Of a DNA stretch of 64,000 nucleotides, positions 12,491 to 26,370 are shown one piece after another. A program made the position numbers and the translations under genes. The notes beneath the pieces are model-generated. The model worked only from the letters and a program-made list of their open reading frames with translations, did not search any database and had not been told where the DNA came from. The DNA comes from Vicugna vicugna (taxonomy: Eukaryota). Position 1 is the stretch's first letter, and every line of letters begins with the position of its first letter. Location: NCBI GenBank assembly GCA_013265495.1, contig MU058844.1:2459520-2523519 (forward strand). Reading direction: 5' to 3'.

Positions 12491-14924
12491 CACCGTCATC
12501 ATTACTGTTCTAAAAGTAGCAAGGGCTGGTATGTGAAAGCCTTGGAAAATGTGTGAGGTTGGATTTGATACTGTAAATAGCGCTACATTCTTGAGCAGAA
12601 AAAAGTGACCAATTCTGAATAAAGTGGTAAGATTTCATCTGATAGCACAATGACACTAAATTGAAGAAGAATAAGAAGAATATATGACTTTGATCTCTTG
12701 CTAGGGATGTGAACTTCATAAAGATATACTCCTTAATTAGAAATTGGAAAAACCACCTCTTGGTTTTTCAGAAATTCTTTATTTAAAATTTCCAGTTTTT
12801 CAATACTTTAGGCACTTAAACTGCTCCCCTTTTTTTCTTTCTCCTTAGGACCATTTTATTAAGTATACACGTCTTCACAGGGACAGAATAGGGACTTGGA
12901 AAGGAGGTACAATCCAAATTAGATTTTCCACTTGCTTGGAGAAGTATAACACTTTTGACCAATTCAAGACTTCTTTGTAGTTCTCATTGTTTTTCAATAT
13001 ACCATTTTCCCTGCATGTAATTTATGGATTACTCTCCTATGCTTTGGAGGAAGGGACAGTGAGGGAAATGACCACACAATGGACAATTATGCAATTTTAG
13101 AGCACAACTCTCTGGTACATATTAAGTATTTTGAATTTAATTAGTAACTTAAAAGATCAAATTGTGTATTATTCCAATTATGCAAAGCTGTACTGAAAAT
13201 AAATGATGTGTGTATCTTATTCTTTTTATAAGAACACTGCTAATTACTGAATAATGTTTAATGATTTGCAGCTGGGTTAACCACATACATGGCATATTGT
13301 AATATACCAGTTTTATAAAAACTCCAGGCAGTAAACAATCAAACATAATCTTCAAATGTATACATTTAATATAGAACTATGATGTCCTCTGGTTGGAAAA
13401 TAGGATTATCCGATTATACTCCCATTTAATTTAAAAAATTCCTATTACTACCAGAATAACTAAACTTTGCTTTAGCCAATTAAAATTTTCTTTGTATATT
13501 TTGGGGTTTTAATGTCTTAAATGTTGATTCCCTATTGCAAAATATGAAAAAAAAACTCATATCATGACATGATTTGAGAATAGAAATGTGATATGTTTCT
13601 GATGATAGTTGTGAAAAACATTAATTAAGCCTCTAGCCTAACTTGAATTTATTTGCCTTTACATTGATATAATGGCATATCAATCAGGCAGGATAGCAGG
13701 TTAATTTTTTTTTCTTAGTAGTTCATTTATTTGTGCCAAATTTATATTCAAATCCACAGCTGGAGTCAGAGTCATTGTCAGACTTACGGAAGACTTTCTT
13801 CAATACTCCTTGCAATCTTATTGGGTCACATTTTGAATCCACATTCCAGTTCTATCGTTCAAAATTTTTATTGCATTTTGATTTGCATAGATGTAACAAA
13901 ATTAGTAACTAAGACATTGGTTGAAGAAATAAGACATTTCTCTCTCCTCAAAAAAATGTTTAAAAGGTTAGGAAATATAAAGACCTGTAATGATTTTTCT
14001 TACCTTTCTCAGCAGTGTGACATTGGGCATTTACACTCTAGATGGCATCAGGATAGAATGCAAGCATCTCTCTGAAATCAGGTATTTCTATGGCTTGTCA
14101 GATTCTAGGGAGGGTGGGAAAAAGAGCTGGCTGGGTAGAATGAACGTAGTGAAGAATTATGGGAAATGTAGTAGGAAATGGTAACTCAATACCAGAGATA
14201 ACAGGGAAGAGGAAGGGACAATAACATGTGAAATGTCAGATCCTAGTGTCTGAACTGATTTGGCTGTGCCACTGTAGTGCTCACCTAGGAGAGTCAAATA
14301 GAGGAGTCAGAGTAGATTATATAATTATTTTATATAAGCCACTGTCACCTGCTTCTGGATTCAATGCCTTGGAAACTGTGTGTCAGCCTGGAGTGTTGAA
14401 ACAGCTTGATGTGAAACTAACCTCCCTAAAGTACTGATTGAGATTTGCCAGTCCTGCAAAGAGCACTTCAGAAGGCATTGAAACTCTGTTTCACATGCAC
14501 TGAGTATGTTTTGTTTGGCTCATATTGTATCTTTAGGTTTTTTTTAAGCCAACATGTTAATACTGTGATGTATCATGTAAATACTTAATTTCTGGATTTT
14601 CCTACAGATTGGTATATCTAGCAATGCTGAACCCAGATTTCCTTGTTGCTATAATAGATTGGAAATGAGAGAGGCACATCCTTGAGTACATCGTTCCTTC
14701 TTGTGTCCCTGATACTGTGACCAATTATCGATTTGGGTTTATCATCAAACTTATAGTTATCTTTTAGTATTTTTAATAGTAGAAAAAAATTTTTAATGTT
14801 ACTTTTTGTCACCTTCTTAGGAATGTACTAGGGATCTGAATTCGAGACACCTGCATTTTTGGCTCCCCATTATTCCTAGTCCATGATTAAGCTACTCAGC
14901 CTGGTTGTACTCTGGTTGTGTCTC

Positions 14925-15235
14925 AGTCATTCATTCATTCAGCACTAGTTTATTCAATGCCTATCATGGTGCCACAAACTAGAGTAGTGGTGGTGGCACT
15001 AGTGGAGGGGAAACAAGGGTGAAAAAGGCACAGTTCCTGCTCTCAAGGATCCCACAGTCTATGAGGACAGATTTCACAGAATTTTAATTCAATGAAATGA
15101 TAGGTGTTCTAAAGGAGCATGTTTGTAAAATGTTATTGTTATAGAAATACACAGGAGATCAATATAAATTCACACTCAGTTGGGAGATTTAGGAAGTTTT
15201 GACAGAGGAGATGGCACCAGAACCAAAAATCAGAA
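14925..15235 (-). mobile_element. LINE-2 3' end
   Basis: 'tcattcattcattcagcactagtttattcaatgcctatc...cacagttcctgctctcaagga'. Confidence 0.7.
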
Positions 15236-17369
15236 GAACTTTATGAAGCCTAGTAGGTGAGCATTTAATGTTCATAAAAATAATAATGATTTTCACAATT
15301 CTTTGATAATTCCTTTACTGGAAGCTACTCCTTGCTTTTGCTACGGAAGCAACCAAATACTCCCAGGTCTCCCAATCCTCTTTCCATCCTCTTCAAGATA
15401 AACTCTCTGGAGGTTGAACATTACTTCCACCTTCTTTCTGCTTCCTAAGAACCCTCAAAGCTCAAAGTGGCTCTATGCCTCTCAACCAATTCCTGTTTAG
15501 CTATTGCATGGATAAAATGATCTTGTGTTAGGCAGTCTTAAAACTATTTGCAATTTGCATAACTATATATTTTCTGAGTTCTGACCTACTACCTTGAACA
15601 ATTTGGGGCATTTGTTGGAGGGGGTGTGTGTGTGTTTATGTGTATGTATTAAGAAGGTACAAAAATAGACATGATGGAACAGTTTCTGAACTCTTACGGA
15701 AATTTGAAATTTAAAAACATAGACATTGACAAATTATTTCCTAATGCAAGGAGTTATCATTAAAATCTTTTCCTGTAGAATCAAATTGTATGCTTCTTCT
15801 TATATTCTAGTTTTCTGAGTTAATTCAAGAATGATTATCTTTGGTAATGTATAATGTACAAGACAAAATTAATGAGTTTTGGGTGATTTGTTTTAAACGA
15901 TCTGTTTATAAATCCCAGAAGAGATGGTATATATAAAGACAATTGACAGAAGATGAATGGCCAACATTAGAATCTGTAGGAGAATTGATCAAAGCATAAC
16001 TTATAGCCTGGCCAATGGATTTGTTGGCTTTTGTTATGAAGCACATGCTATATGTTTCCCAATATAGACTTATTTATATATATCTTATCAAATATTGAAT
16101 TATTATATTCATAATTTGAAAAAGAAAGTATAATCTTTATATCTGTTCTTGAATTATCAATTAGGATTAAGAAAATTTATTTTTTCAAGTTTTCAAAGAC
16201 ATAAATTAATATTTATCAAATATCTATATAGTATCATATATGCAATATATATTTATATATATAAGTTCTTTTGTTTTGTTGTCTATTGGGGGAAAAAAAA
16301 ACCTTCAAATGAACTATGTAAATGTCCCTTTAAAAGTAAACCACCAAGTATATAATAGTCTTCCCAAATATTCCTAAATTTAGTTATTTTAATGATTTCT
16401 ATCTTCTCTTTACATATCAGAAAAAAAAGTATCAATTTTACTTCAAACTCAAGAATTCTAAATACTTAACCTCTAAATAGTATTTAATTAAACATCTGGG
16501 CATTTTAAGCCATGCACTTGTGTTTTGATTTCCCAATAATTCAACTTAATTCAACAGCATTAATTAATGAAAATTGATGTACTCTTTGTGAGGCACAGTA
16601 CTACTAATGTACTTGGTCCTGAATCATAATTTGAAAGCTGTCAATCAACATATTGGATGAAGCAGCCTTGGCTCTCTACCTTTTAAAATAAGCCCAAAAT
16701 TTAATGGAGGAAGATTGAGTAGAGAACACTTCCCATTCAATTTTGGCTTCTTTGTGAAACACAATTCACAATTGGTGCCAATGATTCTGGAATTCAGAGA
16801 AGAAAAGGAAATTCCAATTAGATTGCTGCCTGCATTCTTCTGTTGCTCCACTTGAATTGCTCTGTATTGTTTTGTAGTATTATCATGGTTACACTCTTGA
16901 TTCCACTATGTGGTAAAAATTTACATCTTTTAAATGTGTATTTTTACAATATGAAACAGCTTTGGTTGTGAGACCAATATTATTGGCTACTTGAATGAGC
17001 ACAGAGTATTAGCTGGAGTTACAGGCAGGAATCTATTGTACAAGATAATTATGGGCTACAAGAAACTGATTTGGCTTGAGAGACAATTCCAGAAAGCTTA
17101 GATGGCATCCCTGACCTTATAACATAGCACCCAAGTATCGTACGAAGCTTATGGTGCCAGGATATCCAATCATCTGAGCAGGGTACACGAGTGAGACATT
17201 TAATAGAGTGATCATTATTATCTTATTTTCCAGCCATACAAAATCAACCTCCAGTCAGTAGACTAGGGAAGGTCTGGAACTAGTTTTATGGAAGTGAATG
17301 GCAAGATATATTGGGTTCAAGGGACATAGGAAAAGGAACTGAGTTTCAAGGTAAGTCTCTGCTTAGGAG

Positions 17370-18050
17370 CAATTTACTCATCTGAAACATGTTTATAGAT
17401 AATTACTGTTAGCCAAGTATCTGCTAGAGCTGGAGAATGAAGAGTAAGGCACAGCCCCTGTTCTCAAGGATTTCATAGATTAATGAATTATTTAGGCACT
17501 TGCACAGATGGTTGTGTATAACTAAGTAAATCACTGATTGATAAAGGTACCAGAGATTATGCACATTTTGATAAGAGGCAGCTAATTCATCCTGAGAGGT
17601 TACGGATTAGGGAGATGAAAGTTACTCCAGATTAGGAGACAGAATGAACAAAGATACTGAGTGGAGTGTTCAGGGTACTGGAAGTGTTTGTCTTGTCTCA
17701 GCATAAAGTAAAAATAAATGAGTAGCCAGAGTTGAAGCTGGTGAAACAGGCAGATTTCAAGTGAGGAAGACCTTATTTTTCCATTCTATGATATTTCCAT
17801 CCTGCACATAATAGAAGGTCGCTGAAGGGATTAAATCAGGGGAGTATAAAAGATAAAATTTTCATTTTACTTTCATTATTCTTGCAGCTATGTAGATGAC
17901 AGATAAGAGGGGTTAAACGAGAAAGCAGTTTGGAGGCTAGTGCAGTGGTTCCTCTGAGAAATGATGAGGTCTGACCCATGAGAATGGGTTTAGTGGTTTA
18001 AAGATAGAGGCAGTAAAAATTTGAAATTTCTTTAAGAAGTAAAGGAGAAA
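17370..18050 (-). mobile_element. LINE-2 fragment
   Basis: 'ggcacagcccctgttctcaagga', 'gctgaagggattaaatcagggga' and 'tttggaggctagtgcagtggttc...gaaatgatgagg'. Confidence 0.7.
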
Positions 18051-18074
18051 AAAAAAAACAATTTTGGCAGGCAG

Positions 18075-18425
18075 CCACTATGGCAGAGAAGATGCTGTGT
18101 GTTCAGCATACCCATTTACTTCTCCTCCTAGGCTTATAGACAGACTGCATTTTCTAGGCTTCACTGCAGTTAAAGTGGCCTTATGACTTTTTACTGACCA
18201 GTGGAATATAGTTAGAAATGCTGTTTGCTACTTCTGGTCCTGGTTCATCAAAACCTTTTGCAATGCTGCATTTACTTCTCTTACTCCTTTGGATGTATAG
18301 GTTTCTGGGAAGCATTCCAAGACCCCAGGGGAGGCAACAGCACTTGACAGAAGGAGACTGCAAACATGAATGACTCTAAGAAGCAAAGCCTCACTATTGA
18401 CTTGTATTGAACTTTATTGTATTTA
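18075..18425 (+). mobile_element. Old MaLR LTR (MLT1I/J-like)
   Basis: 'gactgcattttctaggcttcactgcagttaaagtggccttatgact...accagtggaatatag...ctacttctggtcctgg'. Confidence 0.65.
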
Positions 18426-18599
18426 ATTAGACGTGTGTTTGTTATAAAAGTGATTTACCTTACATAACTTACATAAGTGAAAAAAATGAACCAAAATGAA
18501 CATATTTAGATGCAAAAGGATCATTTCAGTTTTGACATGGTGAATTTGAGGTAACAATGAAGTGATTACCAAAAAGGTAAAACTCTTCAAAGTCGATAC

Positions 18600-19600
18600 A
18601 GTCACTTAGGAGAATGGTTGACTAAGAAAAACAGTAAATCAAGGATGAAATTTTGGGAGCACCAGAAGTTAGGAGTCAGAAATATAAGAAAATCAAGGAG
18701 CTAAAGGTGTACAGAGAGCTAAGATCAAATTCAAAGGGACTTGATTTTACCTTTTAAGATGTTAGATTTTTTTTTTACTCTTTAGATGATGGGAAGTCTC
18801 TAACTGACTTAATCAGGGGAGTGATTTTATAAGCTTTGCATTTCAGTTAGATTACCCTGTAGCTGAGGAGATGACATGTTGGGCCTTAAAACTAGAGAAG
18901 AATTGAGAGGCTACTATAGTAGCTTTCATGGTTAATGCAAATCTGTCTTGGAAACGAAGTACGTAAAGTTTCAAGGTCAGAAAATGTAATTAATGGAGAG
19001 AATGATCAAACATGCCAAATACAAGAGAGAGTTTTGTTTTTTTAATATTGAGTTTGGCAATATGACAATCAACAGGGACTTTAGCCATGTTCTGTTGCGG
19101 TGAAGCCTGACCAGAAGTGTGGGAAACAGAGACTGCAAAGCAGACAAGCTTTTTGGTGATGTAATGGCAGAAACTAGACTTTTGCCGGAGGCATGTGTTT
19201 AGGGTTAAGTGATTTTTATTGTTGATTTTTGTTAGGAGGAAATAGATGGTTTATATGCTAAGGGGGAAAAGTCAGAAGAGGAAGAAAAAAGAGCTTAAAG
19301 ATTCTGCAGGAAGAGATAACTGACATATCAAAGTCCCAGGAGTAGAAGAGGAGTGGAATCAACATCCAAATTAATGGTGGGCTAACCTGAATAGGACATG
19401 AAGGAAACTTCATCATCAGAGACTAGAGGAAAGAAAGTGAGTTGCTCCAGCATTAATGTCTGTAGGTGTGAGTGGCAGAAAGATGAGATGGCACATACCC
19501 GATTTCCTCTGTCTTCTCTAGAAGAAGTGAGCAAAGACATTGCACAAGGTGCTGGAAAGTGCATGTATAAAAAGGTCATTGAAGACACCAGAACACTGTA
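18600..19600 (-). mobile_element. Degenerate LINE-2 fragments
   Basis: Purine-rich antisense L2-like motifs, e.g. 'gatgatgggaagtc...aatcaggggagtgat...gattaccctgtagctg'. Confidence 0.5.
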
Positions 19601-20164
19601 ACCAAGGACAAATGAAAAGACCTATACATACTACTGAAAATGATTTATTTTTACCTAGAAGCCAAGGATAATTGGCATGAATATTCCAAATTTTCAGTAT
19701 AATGATTAATTCAAGTGTTAAATTTCAGTTTCTAAAATCAATTATCTCTTGGTGCTCTGGGGGTTTAAATATGATGCTATTTTGTGATGAAAACTGTTAT
19801 TACTGAGCTACCTTTTCTATTGACCATGTGTATAAATATATTTCCTTTATAATTAAAAAATAGCTTTAACTGCATAATCATTCACATGGGGCCCTTCCCC
19901 TGTCTTCATTTGTTAAGCTCATCTGGGAACATGAGTAGACAATAGTCCATCCTGTTAGTAATTCCACTTCTTGATTCTCTCATTTCTCACATATCATCCT
20001 AAAGCATGAAGACAGGACAAGAAAAAAAATCCTCCTGAAATAGAAATTAAAGGGTATCTGCTCTTTGTTTACTGAAGAATTTCATGAAGTGAGATTGCCT
20101 ATAAAATAAGCCTCAGGTGGTGTTGATGACAAAATCAATAATATCATGGAATGGAAATGTCAAA

Positions 20165-20445
20165 CACCACTTCTTCTGAGAGCCTTTTCCTGAAATACTC
20201 AGGTTACAGCTCCTTAGCCCTCTCCTATCGAACTGAACGTGCCTCTGATATAGCACTCTATGCGACAATATTAGGTGCCCTTATCTGCCTCCCATAATAA
20301 ACTCAGTCTCTTGAAAATTGGGACCTTCAATTTTTCACTTATATTTCTAGCAATTTGAAGACTGCCTGGTACATTGTAGGCAATCACAAAGTGGTAATTG
20401 AGTAAAACTGAAAATAACTGAATTATTGAATAAATGAGTAATATT
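20165..20445 (+). mobile_element. LINE-2 3' end
   Basis: 'atatttctagcaatttgaagactgcctggtacattgtaggcaatcacaaa...attgaataaatgag'. Confidence 0.65.
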
Positions 20446-21960
20446 CTTATTCAGAGAAGATATAGATTCATTTGATTGAGTGCCAGATCACACAGGCAAA
20501 GCTACAGTTTATTTCCTCAAAACAAAAATGAAACAGAAAAAGAAAATAAATTTCATTTATACATACAATAGCTACTGTGATATACTTTCTTATTTGCTTA
20601 GAAATGCTGAAGAAAAAAATAGGAGAAATGCCAAGGAGTAAGACATGTACTATTTCATTCAAGAGTAACACTGCATTACACAATACAGTTGGCAAAGGAC
20701 CTCTTTATGGTCTAGTATTCTACAGCTCAGGGAGAGAAAGTTCAATTAATGGTTAAAGTCACTGCATTGCAATTGGGATATAAATCACAGAGTAGACAGT
20801 GCTCTTATATTGGTTTTCTGGGTTTGCTAAGCAAAGAAGAAACATGGAGAAGATTTCTGAAGATTTTTAAGGGTTACCAAATCTTTTCTTTGTGTTCATT
20901 TTTTAGTTTTTATTTTGAATCCAGTTCATTTTGTGAGAAAAGATGAAAAAAGTAAGTGAATACTTAGTTTATAGCAAAGCCATTATGCCTAGAAAAATGA
21001 TTAATTTTATAAAATGTATTGCTTTGTAATATTAATAAAGAAAATACTACTTCTACTAATTGTAATGATTGGACACACTTGAATTATTATTAAAATGAGT
21101 TCACCTTGAATAATTTCTTACAGGATCAAATATTCAGAAGCTGTGTTAAAATTTGAAAGCTGTAGATTTTCTAAAACTAGTCATTTTAGCCCGATTATAA
21201 AATTGATAATTTTAACACAGTCAATGCACTGGTAGTAATTTTGAATTGTTTTAGAATTATTTCCTCTCTTCTCAAGTGAGGTCACAGTATTAGTATAGCT
21301 AACTTCAACCTGTCACAAAAAGATGTTATAAGCACGAAGAATGAGAGACATGTAGATATTAAGGGAGCTACACCACTTTGTGATCTGAGGCCAAACAATT
21401 CTGAGCTTCGCTGTTTTCCATTTATGAAATTATTGCCCTGTGAAAAGTCTTATATCCTTTAAGAGTTCTCATGATAATCAAAGGATATACTTAAACCCTA
21501 CCTACAGGGAAATTATTTTTAAACACTAGATGATTACATTTTCTCATATATTTAAAGTAATTTGGAATTACTGATCAATTGCTTGCATGTTACCTATAAT
21601 TTGTTTTCTTTCATTATGTTGCTGGGATTTTATTCACAACTAAAAACATCAATAAATAGGTATTATACATATACACACACACCTCTGCTTTTGCTCCAAA
21701 TTTGTTTTTTTCCTTAAGTACTGATTATATTACGAAAAATTTAAAGAAAGAAAAGAAGCAGTTAGATACTTCTAACAGTGATACCAGGCTGCAATGCAGC
21801 TTAGGGGGCAAAGCACAGGAGAGAGAAAGAGATTTAGTCTAACACTGATCTAAAATAATTACCAAAAGTGAAAGTTTATCTTAAGTGAAAAAATACCGAA
21901 AAGGACTCACAGAAGATTAGAGCACTTATTCTGAAAAGGGACAAAATTTCCATTTGTCTA

Positions 21961-21980
21961 CACACACACACACACACACA
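21961..21980. repeat. (CA)10 microsatellite
   Basis: Read directly from the sequence. Confidence 0.95.
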
Positions 21981-22115
21981 ATTTGTACATGAATGTTAAT
22001 AGTAGCTTTATTTATAATGTTAAAAATTGAAAGTATCATAAATGCCTATCAACAGATGAATGGATAATCAAACTGTAGTAGATCCATGCAATGGAATATT
22101 CAGCAATAAAAAGAA
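21981..22115 (+). mobile_element. Old L1M ORF2-end/3' fragment
   Basis: 'aaatgcctatcaacagatgaatggataatcaaactgtagtagatccatgcaatggaatattcagcaataaaaag'. Confidence 0.8.
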
Positions 22116-23387
22116 CTTCCCTTCACTGAAACATGATTCTGCTTCTTCTGAGTTTAAGCTCACATGTACCAACCTACCCCATGGCATCCCTCCACACACA
22201 CAAAAACAAAGAGAGGGAAAGAGAAAGTGAGACTATCATAGAATTCACCTTCATGTCTGCTGCTCAATTATTCCATTTGAGCTTTGACAATGTAGAGCTT
22301 TAAAATTTACCCACATTTTAAATTAACTGCCTTTAGGAACATTATCTATTGTCACTCAGACCTTAACGATTTAACTGCGGGGCCAGTGCGTTTCTGGAAT
22401 CACTGTAATTTTCACATAACAATAGTTACTCTAGACTTCTCCTGGTGAGCTATAATTTGTTGTCATTCTTGACGTTTTATCATCCAAAAATCAATCACTC
22501 CTTATCATCTAGGCAGCTGTAAGTCTGATCCAAACAACTATCAGCTCCCACTTGCAATATTCTTTTCCTGCTTCTGTACTTTCTCTTCTCCAATCTGTTA
22601 TTTTAAAATACAGGTCATATTAAGTTATATCATTGTTTAAAACCATCCAATGGTCACATCTCATTCAGAGAAAGAGTAGTAATCTGCTACAAGACCCTTA
22701 GGTAATACAAAGGACCAGACTCTCAAATCAGATTCATGTGAATAAAAAGTCTTAGTACCAAGCTTTACTAATCATTTCAAGGGTAAAAGTAATAATGAGG
22801 TACAGGCAAAGAAAAGAGTGTTCTAGATTATAACTCCCTAGGTCCTTTCTCACTGCATCAGGATTTGCTCTGGTGCAGATTAAAATACAAAATCTGTAAG
22901 TACTATAACTAGCTATAATATTTACTCAAAAGACTTATGTTTGGATAATGAAATATCTCTATTTTATTCTCAAGTTCATGACATCTTTCCTAGAACTATG
23001 TGCTATTAACCCATCAATTCCAAGTTTGTTTTTTTTTTTAATCGTATGTCATCCCAGATAGATCAGGTATATCCTACCAAAGCTTTCCATAGACAAGGAC
23101 TCTCCTACCCACAAATAGTTTTTCTCAGACGGTTTGCTATTGTGAGATTTGTAATCATATTTGATTGGTTCATTTTTTTCATATCCCACAGATGTTCCAA
23201 GGTAAAAGTAGACTTACTCATTTGCTCTTTTTTTTTTTTTACATTTTTCCTCTACTCATTTTTCCCCAGGCCTCTACAAGATTTGATTTTTAATTTTTTA
23301 AATGGCCTCATCTCCCACTTATTTTTCCCTAGTTCATTCCACCTTAGTCATGCTAGTCTTCCTTTTTGTCCTCAAAGATACCAAATA

Positions 23388-25332
23388 GTCCTCATTTCTT
23401 TTCATTCTTTTTCTGCTCAGCTTCAGTGATTTCCACTACTCTTCTAGCTCCCTGATCCATTCCTCTGTAATCAGTCTACTGTTGATTCCTTCCAATGTGT
23501 TTTTCATCTCAGTTACTGTATTCTTCACCTCTATTTGGTTGTTCTTTGTATTTTTATCTTTGTTGAAAACTTCTACTTCTCACTCTGTTCATTCATTTTC
23601 TCCCCCAAGTTCTTTGATCATCTTTACTATCATTATCTTGAACTCTTTCTTGGGTAGATTACCTATCTCCATTTCACTTAGTTCTTTTGGTGTTTCAAGT
23701 TTCTCTGTTGCCTCATTTTGCCTAACTTGTTGTTTTCATCTCTGTGTATCTGGTAGGTATGTTACATTTCCCAACCTTGGAGAAGTGGCCTTTTGTAGGA
23801 GACAAACTATGCATCCCAGCAGCATTCTTCTCTCTGGTCACCAGAGCTACATGCTCTAGGGGTGTCTCCAAGGTGGGTTGTGTGAATCCTTCTGTTGTGG
23901 CAGGCTGACTGCTATGGGTGGTCTGGTTGTCTGGTAGGAGTGGCTCATCCCTGGTCTAGTTTGTTGCTAGGTCCTGCCTTTGCTGAGTCTACTGGCTACT
24001 GGTTGGTAGGGTTGGGTCATGAGGTTTCTGGTTGCAGAACCCTGGGGGCTCCTGGGGCTGGTCCTGGTGGGCAAAGTCAGGGTCCAGGATATCCTGGGGC
24101 TGATGCCCTTTCAGCAATAGGTCCTGGTGCTGATGCCGGCAGGCTGGCGGGCAGAGCCAGTTCCTGGGATCTGGCTGTAGGGCCCAGGGGTCCCTGAGCT
24201 GGCGTTGGATTCCTGGTGGGTGAAACTACTTCCTGATACAGCTGAAAGTGGGGTCCAAGATGTCCCAAAGCTTGTGTTGATCTGCTGGTGGGGGGAACCA
24301 GGGCTCAGCCTGTTATGGGGCTGGTGTTAGTCTACTGGTGGTTGGGCTGGGCTCTGCTGTGGCAGGCTACAGGGCTGCAGTTGTTCTGGGGCTGGTGTCT
24401 GCCTATTGGTGGTTGAAGCTGGTCCCAAAGATAGAGCAGGGTCATTGGTGGGCAGAGTTGGGTCCTAGGGTCTCTGGCTGCAGGGCCTTGGAGATCCCAG
24501 CTCTAGTACCCTTGCACTATTATGTGAGGCCTGGTCCTGGGCCCTCTGTTGGGCAGACTGTCCAGGGGTGGCTGTGGGCTCAGAGAGTCTTAAGGCAGCC
24601 TATGTGCTAATGGGTAGGCTGTGTCCTTGCTCAGTGAGTTGTTGGGCCTGAGGCATCCCAGTATTGGGGCCTACGGCCTTATGAGTGAGGATAGGGCTGG
24701 GTCCTGAGGCTAGAAAGCTAGAATGAAGATTCCAAAGTGGCATTTGTCAACACCAGTGTCCACATGGTAGACTGAGCTCCCCAAAATGGTTGCCACCAGT
24801 GTTTATGTCCCCAGGTTGATCCCCAGGTGCCTCCTGCCTCTCTGGAGACTTTCCAAGATCAGTAAATAATCTGATCCAGGCTTCTTTCAAATTACTGCTT
24901 CTACCCAGAGGAGCATGTGAGGTTTTGTTTGTGTTCTTTAAGAGTGAGTCCCTTTCCCCACAGCCCTCTGGGTCTCCCAAAAGTAAGCCCTACTGGCCTT
25001 CAAAGCCAAAAGTTCTGGGGGCTCATCTCCCCATTGCAGGATCCCCAAGTGGGGAGCCCCACATGGCGCTTAGACCCATTTCTTGGGGAGCATTTTGGCA
25101 ATTGTAACTATTCTCCCACTATCTGTGCACATGGGTCTTAACTATACAGTGATTTCACCCTTCCTACCCGTCTTGCTGTGGTTCCTTTTTTATATCTTTA
25201 GTTGTAGAGAACCTTTTCTGGTAGGGTCCAGTCTCTTTCATCAATAGTTGTTCTATAAATAGTTGTAATGTTGGTGTGCCTGTGAGAGGAAGTAAGCTCA
25301 GGGTCTGTCTACTTTGCCATCTTGGGGACTCC
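23388..25332 (-). mobile_element. L1 5' UTR plus start of ORF1 (cetartiodactyl-type), 3' part missing
   Basis: The minus strand starts 'gagtccccaagatggcaaagtagacagaccctgagcttacttcctctc' with a YY1-type CAAGATGGC. It continues into an internally repetitive, G-rich (on +) UTR and a T-rich antisense ORF1 coiled-coil region at about 23388-23700. Confidence 0.8.
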
Positions 25333-26142
25333 TATCTAACACTTGCTTTAATTTCTATGTAACAGGTTGTTACCTGATCTTACTGGAATACTCTGTAGAC
25401 ACTAAAGCTTACATTAAGTTACCTACTAAGAGTGCCATCAGCTTATCCATTCCTAGTTTTGGATAGTGTGGTATCAAAAATCTTATGTACCTAATAGGAA
25501 CATCATGTCAGTTTCTTTCTCTTATTTTATTTCTCAAAGATCTGTTGATCCCAGAGGTTGTCATTCATTAATTTATTGAGCCAATCATATAGCCAACACT
25601 ACTATAGATTACCTGATTTATAAAAGGCATTTTAGCAGATTCTGTAATTCACAGTTGGAAAAAGTATGGTCTTTTCCACTACTTTATTTTTTTAACAGAT
25701 ACTAGACTCATAAATAAGCTACTACAAATCAGTTTAAGGGCTATATTTGTAATATATACAGAATTGCTATGGGAGCTCAAAAGAAGAACTTTATTTGACT
25801 TGGGCCAATTATCTCTATTTAGTCATTTAGTCTAAATTAGAAATATTAGGTAATGTCCCTCTTATACCTTGCTTCATTTTTTTTCACCTTCCTGTAAGCA
25901 CAGGATGAAAGATTTACCTTCCAAGATTACTCTATGATGTAAGTGGGGTTTATCTGCTTTCTAACATGCTTTGTATCATGAAAGAAAGGACCCACATTCA
26001 ATTTTCTCTTCTATAAAATTGACAGCAATGTGCAATTGTCAGAGTTGTAAGCATTAGATAAGAAAATATGATTGAAATATGGAGTACAATCTCTGGCCAG
26101 GAAAAGTTTCTTGAGAAACCTACATACCATTGCAAATAACTG

Positions 26143-26370
26143 CCCAGGCTCTGGAGTCAGATACCTTTAATTCAAATTCATGCCCCACCACTTACTGTCT
26201 GTGCAATCTTGGGCAAGTAGTTTAATTTCTCTGTTCCTAAATTTATTTATGTATAAAATTAGTACAATAATAGCACCCAGATGATAGGGACTTTTGAAGA
26301 TTAAATGTGATAACTGCATGTAAATCACCAAGAAAAGCACTTGACACATAATAACTAAGAATAATGTCAC
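26143..26370 (+). mobile_element. MIR SINE
   Basis: 'ggctctggagtcagatacct...ccaccacttactgtctgtgcaatcttgggcaagtagtttaatttctctgttcct'. Confidence 0.85.

Noticed and set aside
15940..15999. Peptide QLTEDEWPTLESVGELIKA, loosely like a hAT transposase helix
   Set aside because: Only 19 codons bounded by stops, with no other transposase motifs or terminal inverted repeats nearby.
23046..25141. Cluster of 60-127 aa ORFs on +
   Set aside because: Mostly antisense to L1 ORF1 and the GC-rich 5'UTR, or T-rich low-complexity reading frames.
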